Origin: Gemmatimonadota bacterium
GTDB lineage: Bacteria; Gemmatimonadota; Gemmatimonadetes; Palauibacterales; KS3-K002
Direction of reading: 5' to 3'
DNA length: 38,045 nt
Assembly: GCA_039589355.1 (NCBI GenBank)
Contig: JBDHHM010000001.1
Span: forward strand, 1 to 38,045
The position numbers were made by a program, and so were the translations under genes. Below, in pieces: positions 29,019-38,045 of this stretch (position 1 is the first letter of the stretch; every line of letters starts with the position of its first letter). The notes under the pieces were generated by a model. It was not told the DNA's origin and searched no databases. It saw only the letters and a program-made list of their open reading frames with translations.

Positions 29019-30098
29019 TCCCGTCGCCCGCAGGACGTCGCTGGTAATCGCCCAGACCATAATCGCCAGGATGAGAAGGAACCCGACCTGGCTCAGCCGG
29101 GCGCGCGTCTGCAGCGACACGGCGCGTCCGCGCACCGCCTCGACGGCCAGGAAGACCAGATGCCCTCCGTCGAGTATGGGTATCGGCAGCAGGTTGAGCA
29201 CCGCGAGGTTCACGCTCAGGAAGGCCATGAAGCTGATCAGGTACATGACACCCGCGCGCGCCGCCTGACCCGACAGTTGCCCGATGAGAATGGGGCCGCC
29301 GATTTCGCGCGCCGATTCCGCGCCCGTGACGAGCCGCCCGACAAACCTCAGGATAAGCCACGTTAACTCGAACGTCTGGCGCGTGCCGGCAACGAACGAC
29401 CCCCCCAGCCCCAAAGCGCGGCCGGCGTTGATCGTATCGTGGTACACCCCAATCTGTCCGTAAACGAGGGAATCGCCGCTGACCGAGTCGACCATAACAG
29501 CCCGCTCGATCCGGCTCAACAACTCGATTTCCTGGTCATCCCGCAGCACGCCCAAGGTGACTTCCTCGCCGGGCCGCTGGCTCACATGGCCACGGAACTC
29601 GATCCACATGTCTACTTCCTGGCCGTCCACCGCGGTGACCAGGTCACCGGCAAGCACGCCGGCTTCCTCAGCCGGGCTGCCTTCCACCACCGCGCCGATC
29701 AGCGGTACCCAAGACCGATAGTAGTTGATTCCGGCGTAGGCGAAGATCGCGAACAGGAAGTTCATGACCACGCCGGCCGAAATGACCACGGACCGCACCG
29801 CCACCGATTTCGATTCGAAGCGCCGCTCGGGAGGGACCTCCAGGTCCGACTTACCGCCTTCCAGCGCCTCGAGCGCCTCATCCTCACCCATGCCCGCCAT
29901 CTTCACGTAGCCGCCGAGCGGAAGTGCTGAGATGACGTACTCCGTCTCGCCCACCGTGAACCCCCACACCCTGGGTCCGAGGCCGATGGAGAAGCGTGGA
30001 ACCGCGATCCCGGCAAGCTTGGCCGTGATGAAGTGGCCCAGCTCGTGGATCAGGATCAGCACGCCCAGTACGATGATGAATGCGATGATCGAGTTCAT
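29013..30098 (-). CDS. rseP: RIP site-2 metalloprotease RseP
   Basis: 361 aa. N-terminal TM with IHELGHFITAK (HExxH), a PDZ region (GSPAEEAGVLAGDLVTAVDG), and the C-terminal NLLPIPILDGGH motif. Confidence 0.93.
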   Translation of the reverse strand: MNSIIAFIIVLGVLILIHELGHFITAKLAGIAVPRFSIGLGPRVWGFTVGETEYVISALPLGGYVKMAGMGEDEALEALEGGKSDLEVPPERRFESKSVAVRSVVISAGVVMNFLFAIFAYAGINYYRSWVPLIGAVVEGSPAEEAGVLAGDLVTAVDGQEVDMWIEFRGHVSQRPGEEVTLGVLRDDQEIELLSRIERAVMVDSVSGDSLVYGQIGVYHDTINAGRALGLGGSFVAGTRQTFELTWLILRFVGRLVTGAESAREIGGPILIGQLSGQAARAGVMYLISFMAFLSVNLAVLNLLPIPILDGGHLVFLAVEAVRGRAVSLQTRARLSQVGFLLILAIMVWAITSDVLRATGN

Positions 30099-31268
30099 TT
30101 ATGCCAACCGAGGTGCCTTGTTTCCGCCTTCATCGACTCTGGCGCGCGCCGCCTCTCGCGCCCACTGGTCAACGCGCCGCACAACCTCCAGCTCCGTCAC
30201 ATCTTCCACCTCGTGCGCGTCGAGTACCCCACGAATCACTTCAGGGATCCCTGTGAACCGGAGCCGCTCCTGCAAGAACGCGGCTACGGCCTCTTCGCTG
30301 GCGGCATTGAATGCGGCCGGCGCCGTACCGCCCCGCAGCGCCGCCTCGCGCCCCAGCTCGAACGCAGGAAACCGACCTTTGGGCACCGACTCGAAGTTCA
30401 GCGAGCCGATCTCGGCGAGATCGAGCGATGGCCCGTCGACCTCGATCCTCTCCGGGTAGCCCAGCGCGTAGAGCACCGGTAACGCCATCGTCGGGTATCC
30501 CAGCTGAGCGAGCACGGATCCGTCCCGGAACTCGACGAGCGAGTGGACGATAGACTGGGGATGAATCACGACCGCCACCTGCTCGTACTCGAGCCCGAAC
30601 AGGAAATGGGCCTCGACAACCTCCAGAGCCTTGTTCACCAAAGTGGCAGAGTCGATAGTGATCTTCGCCCCCATGTTCCAGGTCGGGTGACGGAGCGCCT
30701 CATCCGGCGTTACCGCTACCAGATCCAACGGATCCCGGTCCCGAAAAGGTCCGCCGGATGCGGTGAGGACCACGCGCCGCACGCTTTCCGGGGCGGCGCC
30801 CTCCAAGCACTGAAAGACAGCGCTGTGCTCGCTGTCAACCGGTATCAACTCGCCGCCCCCCTGCTCAAGCGCCTGCATGACCAGCGGCCCGCCGACCACT
30901 AGCGACTCCTTGTTCGCCAGCGCCAGGCGCTTCCCGCCCTCCAGCGCCAGCAGGGATGGCTCGAGGCCGGCTGCGCCGACCAGCCCGTTCACCACGATCT
31001 CGGCATCGCGGTGCGCAGCAGCCTCCAGCACCGCGTCCCATCCCGCGGCCAGCCTGGTGCTCGACAGCCCGCCGGCCGGCGCTGAACCGTCGGCCAGCAC
31101 CGCCAGCTCCGGCCTGAACCGGTCGACCTGCTCGAGCAGCGCATCGGCGTTCCGGTTCGCCGTCAACGCTACCACGCGGTAGCGGTCCGGGAAGGCGCTG
31201 ATTACCTCCAGCGTCGTCTTGCCGATGGAGCCGGTCGAACCCAGAATCGCAACGGTTCGCGCGCCCAT
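30099..31268 (-). CDS. dxr: 1-deoxy-D-xylulose-5-phosphate reductoisomerase
   Basis: 389 aa. VAILGSTGSIGKTTLEV, LANKESLV, PVDSEHSA, LTASGGPFR, HPTWNMGAKITIDSATL. Confidence 0.97.
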   Translation of the reverse strand: MGARTVAILGSTGSIGKTTLEVISAFPDRYRVVALTANRNADALLEQVDRFRPELAVLADGSAPAGGLSSTRLAAGWDAVLEAAAHRDAEIVVNGLVGAAGLEPSLLALEGGKRLALANKESLVVGGPLVMQALEQGGGELIPVDSEHSAVFQCLEGAAPESVRRVVLTASGGPFRDRDPLDLVAVTPDEALRHPTWNMGAKITIDSATLVNKALEVVEAHFLFGLEYEQVAVVIHPQSIVHSLVEFRDGSVLAQLGYPTMALPVLYALGYPERIEVDGPSLDLAEIGSLNFESVPKGRFPAFELGREAALRGGTAPAAFNAASEEAVAAFLQERLRFTGIPEVIRGVLDAHEVEDVTELEVVRRVDQWAREAARARVDEGGNKAPRLA

Positions 31269-32113
31269 TACACTCCTACGATCCCGAGGTAAGCATAGGC
31301 GAACGGAAAAACGAAAAGCAACGAATCGAGCCGGTCAAGTATCCCGCCGTGCCCGGGCAAGAGGCCGGAGCTGTCCTTTACGCCGCACTCACGTTTGAAC
31401 CGCGACTCGAAAAGATCGCCGGCCTGTCCCGCCACGGCCAGGACCGCTCCCAGGCCAAGCAGCTCGCCGGCGCTCATCGTCCACGGCACAATCGACCGTG
31501 TGAGCGCGGCGTACAGTAGGGCGCCGCCCGCCGTGGCGATGAACCCAGCGATCGCCCCCTCCCACGTCTTCTTGGGGCTGATCACCGGCGCCATCTTGTG
31601 CCGCCCGATCGCCTTCCCCACAGAGTAGGCGGCGGTATCGCCGAGCCAGGTGATCGCCACCGGTAGCATCAGCACGGCGGCCCCGGCGAGCCCCGGTGCT
31701 GCTCCACCCTCCGCCCTCAACCAGAGCGCGAAGGCGAGGGTCACCCCGGTGTACAGCGCGCCGAACACGCTGGCCATTACCATCGCCCCGGGCCGCGCCT
31801 CCGCCGCAGCCGCCATCGCCAGCGTCGCCGCCACGACCAGGGTGACGACGGTGGCCCACACCATGAACGTTCCTGGGGAAAGCGCGGCGGCCAGTAGCAC
31901 ATACGCCGCCGCCAGGGCGGCCGCCACCGGCGGCACCGCGGGCACTCCGCTCTCACGGTACAAGGCGGCAAACTCCCAGGCCGCGGCCGACGCCAGCAGC
32001 ACCAGAAAACCGGCCAGAGGGTAGCCGCCCAGGAAGACCAGCCCGACAGCGACCGGTATGCCGATGAGCGCGACGCCCACGCGCTTCGTGAGTTCGCCGC
32101 CGGAACGCGCCAT
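31268..32113 (-). CDS. cdsA: phosphatidate cytidylyltransferase
   Basis: I used the internal ATG 32113..32111 (MARSGGELTKRV...), which overlaps the uppS TGA by 1 nt. The 42 codons upstream in the track ORF overlap uppS. C-terminal signature SRFKRECGVKDSSGLLPGHGGILDRLDS. Confidence 0.9.
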   Translation of the reverse strand: MARSGGELTKRVGVALIGIPVAVGLVFLGGYPLAGFLVLLASAAAWEFAALYRESGVPAVPPVAAALAAAYVLLAAALSPGTFMVWATVVTLVVAATLAMAAAAEARPGAMVMASVFGALYTGVTLAFALWLRAEGGAAPGLAGAAVLMLPVAITWLGDTAAYSVGKAIGRHKMAPVISPKKTWEGAIAGFIATAGGALLYAALTRSIVPWTMSAGELLGLGAVLAVAGQAGDLFESRFKRECGVKDSSGLLPGHGGILDRLDSLLFVFPFAYAYLGIVGV

Positions 32114-32853
32114 CACGTTACCTTGCCGAACCTGCGTTCCCGTCTCTGGTAGTCGAGAATCGCTTCGAAGAGTTGCTCGCGGGTGAAGTCCGGCCAGAGC
32201 ACCGGCGTCGTGTACAGCTCGGCATAGGCAAGTTGCCACAACAGGAAGTTCGAGATCCGATACTCCCCAGAGGTCCGAATCATCAAGTCGGGATCGGGCC
32301 AGGGAGCCGTGTAGAGTTCCGCAGCGAACGCCGCTTCGTCGATCGCCGCCACCTCCAGTTCGCCGGTAGCGATGCGCTCACCGAGCCTGCGTGCCGCCCG
32401 CACGATCTCGCCTCGGCTACCGTAGCTGATCGCCAGCACGAGTTGCAGCTGCTCGCCGCCGCGGGTCGAATCGAGGATCATATCGATCGCCCCGCGCTCC
32501 GCCGCGCTGAAGCGGTCGATGTCGCCCACCACATGGACCTCGACGCCGTTGTCGACAAGGTCCTGCACCTCCGACTTGGCATAGCCCTTCAGCAGCGACA
32601 TCAGGAAGGCGACCTCACGCCTCGGTCGCTGCCAGTTCTCCTGTGAGAACGCATACAGCGTAACCACTTCGACGCCCGCCTCGATCGCGCCTTCCACCAC
32701 ATCACGCACGGACCTCATCCCCGCCCGGTGACCCTCACGGCGGGGCAGCCCCCGCTCGTTCGCCCACCGGCCGTTACCGTCCATTATGATCGCAACGTGC
32801 CTGGGCACGCCGCTCCCATTCTCTCTTATTCGCTGGAGAAGCTCAGAAGGCAT
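32113..32853 (-). CDS. uppS: isoprenyl transferase (undecaprenyl-diphosphate synthase)
   Basis: 246 aa. PRHVAIIMDGNGRWA, LYAFSQENWQRP, RTSGEYRISNFLLWQLAYAELY. Confidence 0.96.
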   Translation of the reverse strand: MPSELLQRIRENGSGVPRHVAIIMDGNGRWANERGLPRREGHRAGMRSVRDVVEGAIEAGVEVVTLYAFSQENWQRPRREVAFLMSLLKGYAKSEVQDLVDNGVEVHVVGDIDRFSAAERGAIDMILDSTRGGEQLQLVLAISYGSRGEIVRAARRLGERIATGELEVAAIDEAAFAAELYTAPWPDPDLMIRTSGEYRISNFLLWQLAYAELYTTPVLWPDFTREQLFEAILDYQRRERRFGKVT

Positions 32854-32904
32854 TGACCCCTACTGCGTCGGCGGCCGGTTCTGCGGACGGAGACGACGCT
32901 CCGG

Positions 32905-33456
32905 CTAGACCTCGAGTACCTCCGCCTCTTTGACTTTCAGAAGAGCTTCGACTTTCTCCCCGTACTCGTCGGTCAACTTCTGCACCTCTTCGAGCACGCG
33001 ATGTCCCTCGTCCTCGGGCATCTCGCCGTCCTTTATCTTGGCCTTGATATCGTCGTTCGCTGCCCGGCGAGCGGCACGGAGAGAGACGCGACCTTCCTCG
33101 GCCATCTTGTGCAGAATCTTGACGAGCTCCTGGCGGCGTTCCTCGTTGAGGGGTGGAATGGGTACGTGAATGACGGACCCATCGTTGGAGGGATTCAGCC
33201 CCAGATCCGAGCTCTGTATGGCCTTCTCGATCACGCCCATCAGGTTCTTGTCCCAAGGCTGCACCACCAAGAGGCGCGGTTCCGGGGCGCTGATCGTGGC
33301 CAGTTGCTCGAGCGGCATGTGCGTCTCGTAGGCCTCGACTCGCACGTGCTCCAAAAGCGCCGGCGACGCCTTGCCGGTTCGAACCGATGCGAACTCCCGT
33401 CTCACCGCCTCGAGGGAACTCTCCATCCGAGCCTGGGTTTCCTTCAGCGACGTCAT
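32905..33456 (-). CDS. frr: ribosome recycling factor
   Basis: 183 aa. [50 protein letters not shown]. Confidence 0.97.
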   Translation of the reverse strand: MTSLKETQARMESSLEAVRREFASVRTGKASPALLEHVRVEAYETHMPLEQLATISAPEPRLLVVQPWDKNLMGVIEKAIQSSDLGLNPSNDGSVIHVPIPPLNEERRQELVKILHKMAEEGRVSLRAARRAANDDIKAKIKDGEMPEDEGHRVLEEVQKLTDEYGEKVEALLKVKEAEVLEV

Positions 33457-34190
33457 GACCTCACCTCCCCGGAAATAAGCGTGCCGACCTGCTCGCCGCG
33501 AGCCGCCGCCAGTATGGCGCCCGGCCGCTCGATGTTCAGCACAACCACAGGCAGGTTGTTGTCCTTACACAGCGAGATAGCCGTGGCGTCCATCACCCCT
33601 AGCTCTCGCGTCATGACCTCCAGAAACGATATCTCCGGTATCAGCTCGGCGCTCGGCTCGGCCATCGGGTCGGCCGAGTATACGCCTTCGACCTTGGTGG
33701 CCTTGACGATCAACTCGGCATCCATCTCGATCGCCCGCAGCACCGCGGCCGTGTCAGTCGAAAAGTACGGGTTGCCGGTGCCGGCTGCAAAGAGGACAAC
33801 CCGTCCCTTCTCGAGGTGGCGTAGCGCCCGCCTACGAATGTAAGGCTCGGCCAGTTGCTCCATCCGGATGGCCGTCAGCACGCGGTTCTCCACGCCCTTC
33901 TTCTCCAGCATGTCCTGGACGGCGAGTGCGTTGATCACCGTGGCCAGCATGCCCATGTAATCGGCGGACACCCTGTCCATCCCACCTTCCGCCGCCGCCG
34001 CGCCGCGCACGATATTGCCGCCGCCCACGACCAGCCCAAGCGCTACGCCGGCCTCTTTGACGGCCCTTATCTCGTCGGTCAGGCGATCGATCGCGGGAAG
34101 CGAGATGCCGAACCCATCGCTGCCCGCCAGCGATTCGCCTGACAACTTCAGCAGAATTCGCCTATAGTGCAGCTTCGATCCTGATGCCAC
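33453..34190 (-). CDS. pyrH: UMP kinase
   Basis: 245 aa. [56 protein letters not shown] start. The stop overlaps the frr ATG (ATGA). Confidence 0.97.
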   Translation of the reverse strand: MASGSKLHYRRILLKLSGESLAGSDGFGISLPAIDRLTDEIRAVKEAGVALGLVVGGGNIVRGAAAAEGGMDRVSADYMGMLATVINALAVQDMLEKKGVENRVLTAIRMEQLAEPYIRRRALRHLEKGRVVLFAAGTGNPYFSTDTAAVLRAIEMDAELIVKATKVEGVYSADPMAEPSAELIPEISFLEVMTRELGVMDATAISLCKDNNLPVVVLNIERPGAILAAARGEQVGTLISGEVRS

Positions 34191-34787
34191 CTATTCGCCC
34201 ACCTTGAAGCGCACGAACTGGCAGACGGCGATCTTCTCGCCGAGCTGCGCCTGCGTATCCGATATCCGGTCGGCTACCGTGACCTCGGGGTCCTTCACGT
34301 ACTTCTGCTCCAGAAGCGTGCACTCCTCGAAGAACTTGCGCAGCTTGCCTTCCACGATCTTGTCCGCAACGTGCTCGGGCTTGCCCTGCTCGACTACCTG
34401 GGCGAGGAAGATGGAGCGCTCGCGCTCGACGATCTCCTCGGGCACATCCTCGCGGGCCACCGCAATCGGGTCGGCCGCTGCAATGTGCATTGCCAGGTCG
34501 CGGGCGAGTCCCTGGAACTGCTCCGTCCGCGCGACGAAGTCGGTCTCGCAGTTCAGTTCCACGAGCACGCCGACCTTGTGCGAGTGGTGTATGTATGACT
34601 CTACGACACCTTCTCGAGCCTCTTTGCCTACACGCTTCTCCGCGGAAGCTGCTCCCTTCTTGCGCAGCCACTCGACGGCGGCTTCCATGTCGCCGCCCGT
34701 TTCTTGAAGCGCGCGCTTGCAGTCCATCATTCCAGCGCCGGTGCGCTCTCTCAGCTGCTTTACGTCTGCTGCCTTTATCTCACTCAT
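34191..34787 (-). CDS. tsf: translation elongation factor Ts (short form)
   Basis: I chose ATG 34787 (MSEIKAADVKQLRERTGAGMMDCKRAL, the canonical EF-Ts N-terminus). The track ORF starts five codons upstream at TTG 34802. Also IHHSHKVGVLVELNCETDFVART. Confidence 0.94.
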   Translation of the reverse strand: MSEIKAADVKQLRERTGAGMMDCKRALQETGGDMEAAVEWLRKKGAASAEKRVGKEAREGVVESYIHHSHKVGVLVELNCETDFVARTEQFQGLARDLAMHIAAADPIAVAREDVPEEIVERERSIFLAQVVEQGKPEHVADKIVEGKLRKFFEECTLLEQKYVKDPEVTVADRISDTQAQLGEKIAVCQFVRFKVGE

Positions 34788-34815
34788 CTTCGGTTCGGTC
34801 AAGGTTCAGCATTCC

Positions 34816-34844
34816 AAAAAAGCGGGCCACCGAAGTGGCCCCGC
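34816..34844 (-). terminator. intrinsic terminator/attenuator between rpsB and tsf
   Basis: The minus-sense RNA is GCGGGGCCAC-UUCG-GUGGCCCGC followed by UUUUUU. That is a 9-bp GC stem with one bulged G, a UUCG tetraloop and a U6 tail. It begins 6 nt after the rpsB stop. Confidence 0.75.
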
Positions 34845-34850
34845 CAGCGA

Positions 34851-35810
34851 TCATGCTTCGCCGGTGTCCTCACCGGTGAGTTCCTCCGACTCTTCCGACC
34901 CCTCCGCTCCTCCCCCCTCGTAATCCTCTGCCGGGCTCTCTAGCTCGCCGGCTTCGGCTTCACCGGGTGGGCGGTGGGCCGCGATGACCTCGGGGCGAGG
35001 CCGCCTGCGCTTGCGCGATCGCCTACCGCCGCCCTCGCGCTCGCTGACCGCGCCCACGGCCGCGTCGCTCGAATAGGTGAAGACCTCCTCCTCTTCTTCG
35101 GATGCCGCTGCCTTCCGCAGCTCCTCGGGCACCTCCGCCATGGCCGCCTCAACGGTATCGGCGATCTCCTTCGTGATCAGCGAGACCGAGCGGATCGCGT
35201 CATCGTTGCCGGCGATCGGCACCGTCAGCAGATCGGGATCGGCGTTCGTGTCGGCGATCGCGACGACCGGGATGCCCAGCTTGTTCGCTTCCGCAATAGC
35301 GATCGCTTCCCTGCGGGCGTCCACGACGAAGAGGCAGCCCGGTACCCGGGTCATGTCCTTGATCCCGGAAAGGTAGCGGTCGAGCTTCTCGCGCTCCCTG
35401 TCCAGCAGAAGACGCTCCTTCTTGGTGTAGAATTCGAACGCGCCTTCCTCGGCGCCGCGCTCCAACTCCTTGAGCCGCCGGATATTCTTCTTGATCGTCT
35501 GGTAGTTGGTTAGCATGCCGCCCAGCCAACGCACCGTCACGTAGAATGCTCCGCAGCGCTCCGCCTCGCCTCGCACGGTGTCACTGAGCTGTCCCTTCGT
35601 ACAGACGAAAAGAACGGAGTCGCCACGGTGGACGACTTCGCGGATCAGATCCTTGGCCCGCTCGATCTCACGGAGTGTCTTTCTGAGATCGATGATGTAG
35701 ATGCCGCCACGCTCGGCGAATATGTAGCGGCGCATCTTCGGGTTCCAGCGACGGGTCTGGTGACCGAAATGAACCCCTGCTTGTAGAAGATCTTCGAGTC
35801 CTACTGCCAT
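34851..35810 (-). CDS. rpsB: 30S ribosomal protein S2 with acidic C-terminal extension
   Basis: 319 aa. LLQAGVHFGHQTRRWNPKM, FVCTKGQ, RWLGGMLTN, DARREAIAIAEANKLGIPVVAIADTNADPD. The tail is rich in E/G/A. Confidence 0.97.
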   Translation of the reverse strand: MAVGLEDLLQAGVHFGHQTRRWNPKMRRYIFAERGGIYIIDLRKTLREIERAKDLIREVVHRGDSVLFVCTKGQLSDTVRGEAERCGAFYVTVRWLGGMLTNYQTIKKNIRRLKELERGAEEGAFEFYTKKERLLLDREREKLDRYLSGIKDMTRVPGCLFVVDARREAIAIAEANKLGIPVVAIADTNADPDLLTVPIAGNDDAIRSVSLITKEIADTVEAAMAEVPEELRKAAASEEEEEVFTYSSDAAVGAVSEREGGGRRSRKRRRPRPEVIAAHRPPGEAEAGELESPAEDYEGGGAEGSEESEELTGEDTGEA

Positions 35811-35837
35811 ATGCTCTCTATCCTGGCTGGTGCTCGG

Positions 35838-36245
35838 CTATCGCTTGCTGAACTGGAAGCGCTTCCGGGCCTTCGGCTGACCATACTTTTTACGCTCCAC
35901 GCGACGCGGGTCGCGCGTGAGCAGCCCTTCGCGACGCAATGTCGTACGGCGGTCCTCATCCTCGACCAGCAGGGCACGGGCGACTCCGAGCTGGATGGCG
36001 CCCGCCTGGCCTGTCAGGCCTCCGCCGCGCACGTTGACGGTCACGTCGTACTCGCCGACCGTCTCGGTGGCCTGGAACGGTTTCTCGAGGATCGTCTGAT
36101 AGGCACTGCGCGGGAAGTAATCGGAGATCGAGCGGCCGTTGATCTGCCATTCACCGTTCCCCCGCTTGAGGTAAACGCGAGCGACCGACGTCTTCCTACG
36201 ACCCACCGCGTGGACTCGCCCGTCTTCTAGCTTTTTTCCGACCAT
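35838..36245 (-). CDS. rpsI: 30S ribosomal protein S9
   Basis: 135 aa. GRRKTSVARVYL, GGGLTGQAGAIQLGVARAL, and the C-terminus RRVERKKYGQPKARKRFQFSKR. Confidence 0.97.
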   Translation of the reverse strand: MVGKKLEDGRVHAVGRRKTSVARVYLKRGNGEWQINGRSISDYFPRSAYQTILEKPFQATETVGEYDVTVNVRGGGLTGQAGAIQLGVARALLVEDEDRRTTLRREGLLTRDPRRVERKKYGQPKARKRFQFSKR

Positions 36246-36267
36246 GCTCCGACCTATTAGCGCGTCG

Positions 36268-36726
36268 TTAACTCTTGACCTTCAATGGTTGAGTCTCGAG
36301 ACCTTGGTGCGGGTGCTCGGGCCCCGCATAGACGCGGAGCTTCTTCAGCATCTGGCGCCCCAGGGTCGTCTTAGGCAGCATGCCCTGTACCGCCCGCTTG
36401 ATCACCCACTCCGGGCGACGCTCCTGCATCCGCTTGAATGGAATGAGCTTGGCACCGCCGATGTAACCACTGTGGCGGAAGTAGACCTTCTGCTCGGCCT
36501 TCTTCCCGGTCAGGCGGACGCGTTCCGCGTTGACCACGATCACGCCGTCACCGCAGTCTACGTGGGGAGTGTAGATCGGTTTGTGCTTACCGCGAAGGAC
36601 CTTTGCCACCTCGGCGGCCAAGCGGCCCAGCACAACACCGTCGGCGTCCACAAAGTACCACTGCCGGGTGAGCTCCTCGGGCTTCGCCACCGGGGTCTTC
36701 ATCGAATTCGTCAGCAGTCCTGCCAT
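36268..36726 (-). CDS. rplM: 50S ribosomal protein L13
   Basis: 152 aa. [46 protein letters not shown] and [10 protein letters not shown]. Confidence 0.97.
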   Translation of the reverse strand: MAGLLTNSMKTPVAKPEELTRQWYFVDADGVVLGRLAAEVAKVLRGKHKPIYTPHVDCGDGVIVVNAERVRLTGKKAEQKVYFRHSGYIGGAKLIPFKRMQERRPEWVIKRAVQGMLPKTTLGRQMLKKLRVYAGPEHPHQGLETQPLKVKS

Positions 36727-36805
36727 CTTGTCGTCAGATTAGCACCGGTTCCGCGCCGGCGCGGATCTCCGTAGCGGGGTCCACCGCTTTTTGGAACAGC
36801 GTGGT

Positions 36806-36834
36806 AGGATATCCGGAGAATGTTGCTATGTCAA
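36806..36834 (-). promoter_or_regulatory. sigma-70-type promoter of rplM-rpsI(-rpsB...)
   Basis: The minus strand reads TTGACA (36834..36829), a 17-nt spacer, then TATCCT (36811..36806). It lies directly after the sigma-gene hairpin. The leader is about 70-75 nt and contains a perfect 16-nt palindrome (36750..36765). Confidence 0.5.
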
Positions 36835-36841
36835 GGAAGAT

Positions 36842-36859
36842 CGGGCCTTCCGAGGCCCG
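36842..36859 (-). terminator. hairpin after the sigma-factor gene (probable terminator)
   Basis: CGGGCCU-CGGA-AGGCCCG in the minus sense (7-bp stem, 4-nt loop), starting 5 nt after the TAG at 36864..36866. It is followed by AUCUUCCUU, an imperfect U-tract. Confidence 0.45.
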
Positions 36860-36863
36860 GCGG

Positions 36864-37799
36864 CTAGCCGAGAAAGCTCTCCAGGGACCGGGCTCGGGAG
36901 ACGTGGCGGAGGCGAGCCAGAGCCCGCTCTTTGATCTGGCGGACCCGCTCGCGGGTGACTCCCAACTGCTGCCCAATCTCCTCCAGGGTCATGGCCTCTT
37001 CACCGTCCAGGCCGTAATAGAGGCGCAGGATTTTGGCCTCTCTGGGCTTGAGGGTCGAGAGGGCGGCTTCGACGTTGATCTTCAGCGCCTTCTCGAACGC
37101 CTGCTGCTCGGGGCCCGGGCGGACGTCATCGGGTAGGTAATCGAGGAGCTTGTTATCCTCACCGGGGACGAGAGGGGCATCGAGAGACAGGTGGGCCATC
37201 GCGATGGACATCGTCTTGTAGAGCTCTTCGGCATCGACCTCGAGACCCTCGGCCAGTTCGCCCACCGTTGGCTCGCGCCCCAGCTCCTGGACGAGAGCGC
37301 TGGAGCGCTTACCGATCCGGTGCAGCTCACCAGCTCGGTTGAGCGGCACGCGCACGATCCGCGATTGCTCCGCCAGCGCCTGCAGGATTGCCTGGCGGAT
37401 CCACCAGACGGCGTAGCTAATGAACTTGACCCCGCGCGTCTCGTCGAACTTCTCGGCGGCGCGGATCAATCCCAGGTTGCCCTCGTTGATCAGATCAGCG
37501 AGTGCAACGCCCTGGTTCTGGTACTTCTTCGCGATGGAGACGACGAAGCGGAGGTTCGAGTTGACCAGCTTCTCCAGGGCCTCCCGGTCGCCGCGCCGGA
37601 TCTTGCGCGCCAAGACCGCCTCCTCATCCCGGTCGATGAGGGGGTAGGCGCTGATTTCCCTCAGATACTGGTCCAGGGAGCCCGGAGGCGTGGCAGCACG
37701 GTGGGCAGGCTCAAACGCCGGGAGAAACCGCATCGGCTCGTCGCGACGGTCGTCCGAGTCTCCGCCGTCAGGTGTGTGCTGCTCCCCTTCTCGACTCAA
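36864..37799 (-). CDS. RpoD-family sigma-70 factor (short form lacking region 1.1; resembles FCB-group primary sigma)
   Basis: 311 aa. Region 1.2 LDQYLREISAYPLI. Region 2 NLRFVVSIAKKYQNQGVALADLINEGNLGLIRAAEKFDETRGVKFISYAVWWIRQAI. Region 4 MTLEEIGQQLGVTRERVRQIKERAL. TTG start with a GGAG SD 8 nt upstream; ATG 37733 is an alternative. Confidence 0.92.
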   Translation of the reverse strand: MSREGEQHTPDGGDSDDRRDEPMRFLPAFEPAHRAATPPGSLDQYLREISAYPLIDRDEEAVLARKIRRGDREALEKLVNSNLRFVVSIAKKYQNQGVALADLINEGNLGLIRAAEKFDETRGVKFISYAVWWIRQAILQALAEQSRIVRVPLNRAGELHRIGKRSSALVQELGREPTVGELAEGLEVDAEELYKTMSIAMAHLSLDAPLVPGEDNKLLDYLPDDVRPGPEQQAFEKALKINVEAALSTLKPREAKILRLYYGLDGEEAMTLEEIGQQLGVTRERVRQIKERALARLRHVSRARSLESFLG

Positions 37800-37860
37800 T
37801 CGCGAAACTCCGCCCCTCGATTGGGACTCAAGCGGTCACCGTAGACTAACGCCTAGCGGT

Positions 37861-38045
37861 CTATCGAACCAGGTCACCCACCCGGCTCCATCTGACTTCG
37901 GTCAGCCACGGCAGCGGCCGCAGCTTGCTGCGATCGAACGAATAGTAGATGAACAAAGGCCGCCCTTTGATCAAACCTCGATCGACGAAGCCCCAATAAC
38001 GAGAGTCCTGCGAGTTATCGCGATTGTCGCCCATGACGAAGTACT
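37861..38045 (-). CDS. lepB: signal peptidase I, C-terminal fragment (5' end outside the window)
   Basis: Not in the ORF track. Reverse translation reads [60 protein letters not shown]. [16 protein letters not shown] is the S26 box E signature. TAG at 37863..37861. Confidence 0.88.
   Translation of the reverse strand, partial: YFVMGDNRDNSQDSRYWGFVDRGLIKGRPLFIYYSFDRSKLRPLPWLTEVRWSRVGDLVR

Noticed and set aside
32114-32239. Upstream 42 codons of the cdsA ORF, and likewise 25709..25816 upstream of the ManC-like gene
   Set aside because: Both extensions overlap the preceding well-supported genes (uppS and Roadblock). Internal starts give canonical N-termini and tight stop/start junctions.

Overview
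High-GC bacterial chromosomal window (by eye about two-thirds G+C, not computed). It is almost entirely densely packed core housekeeping. I see no rRNA or tRNA genes, no CRISPR array, and no transposase, integrase or phage signatures. Calls come from reading the supplied translations for family motifs and reading intergenic DNA by eye; no database search was possible.

Minus-strand blocks:
- pnp (partial), rpsO, ribF, truB (disrupted), rbfA, DUF503, infB, L7Ae-like, nusA, rimP
- pgeF, murA
- gatB, gatA, gatC
- uvrD/pcrA, orphan histidine kinase, serS, lipoprotein
- rseP, dxr, cdsA, uppS, frr, pyrH, tsf, rpsB, rpsI, rplM
- a short RpoD-family sigma factor, then lepB (partial)

Plus-strand islands:
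- A six-gene operon: ptsN, PII-like ORF, KTN-less Kef-type antiporter, DUF948, YtxH, Zn-phospholipase-C-like.
- A four-gene operon: Roadblock/LC7, mannose-1-P guanylyltransferase-like, hexapeptide-repeat nucleotidyltransferase-like, MBL hydrolase.

The short sigma factor (FISYAVWWIRQAILQALAEQSRIVRVPLN) and the gene content tentatively suggest a high-GC member of the FCB group (Gemmatimonadota- or Rhodothermota-like).

Most interesting, in descending order:
1. The PtsN / PII-like / antiporter module, a candidate uncharacterised cation-proton regulatory complex.
2. A low-GC, structured 185-nt leader upstream of gatCAB, with alternative pairings and a 22-codon sORF containing D-N-D-Q.
3. An inverted array of CCCCGAAT octamers forming a long hairpin between convergent genes.
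4. A frameshifted and shortened truB.

The rest is ordinary core genome.
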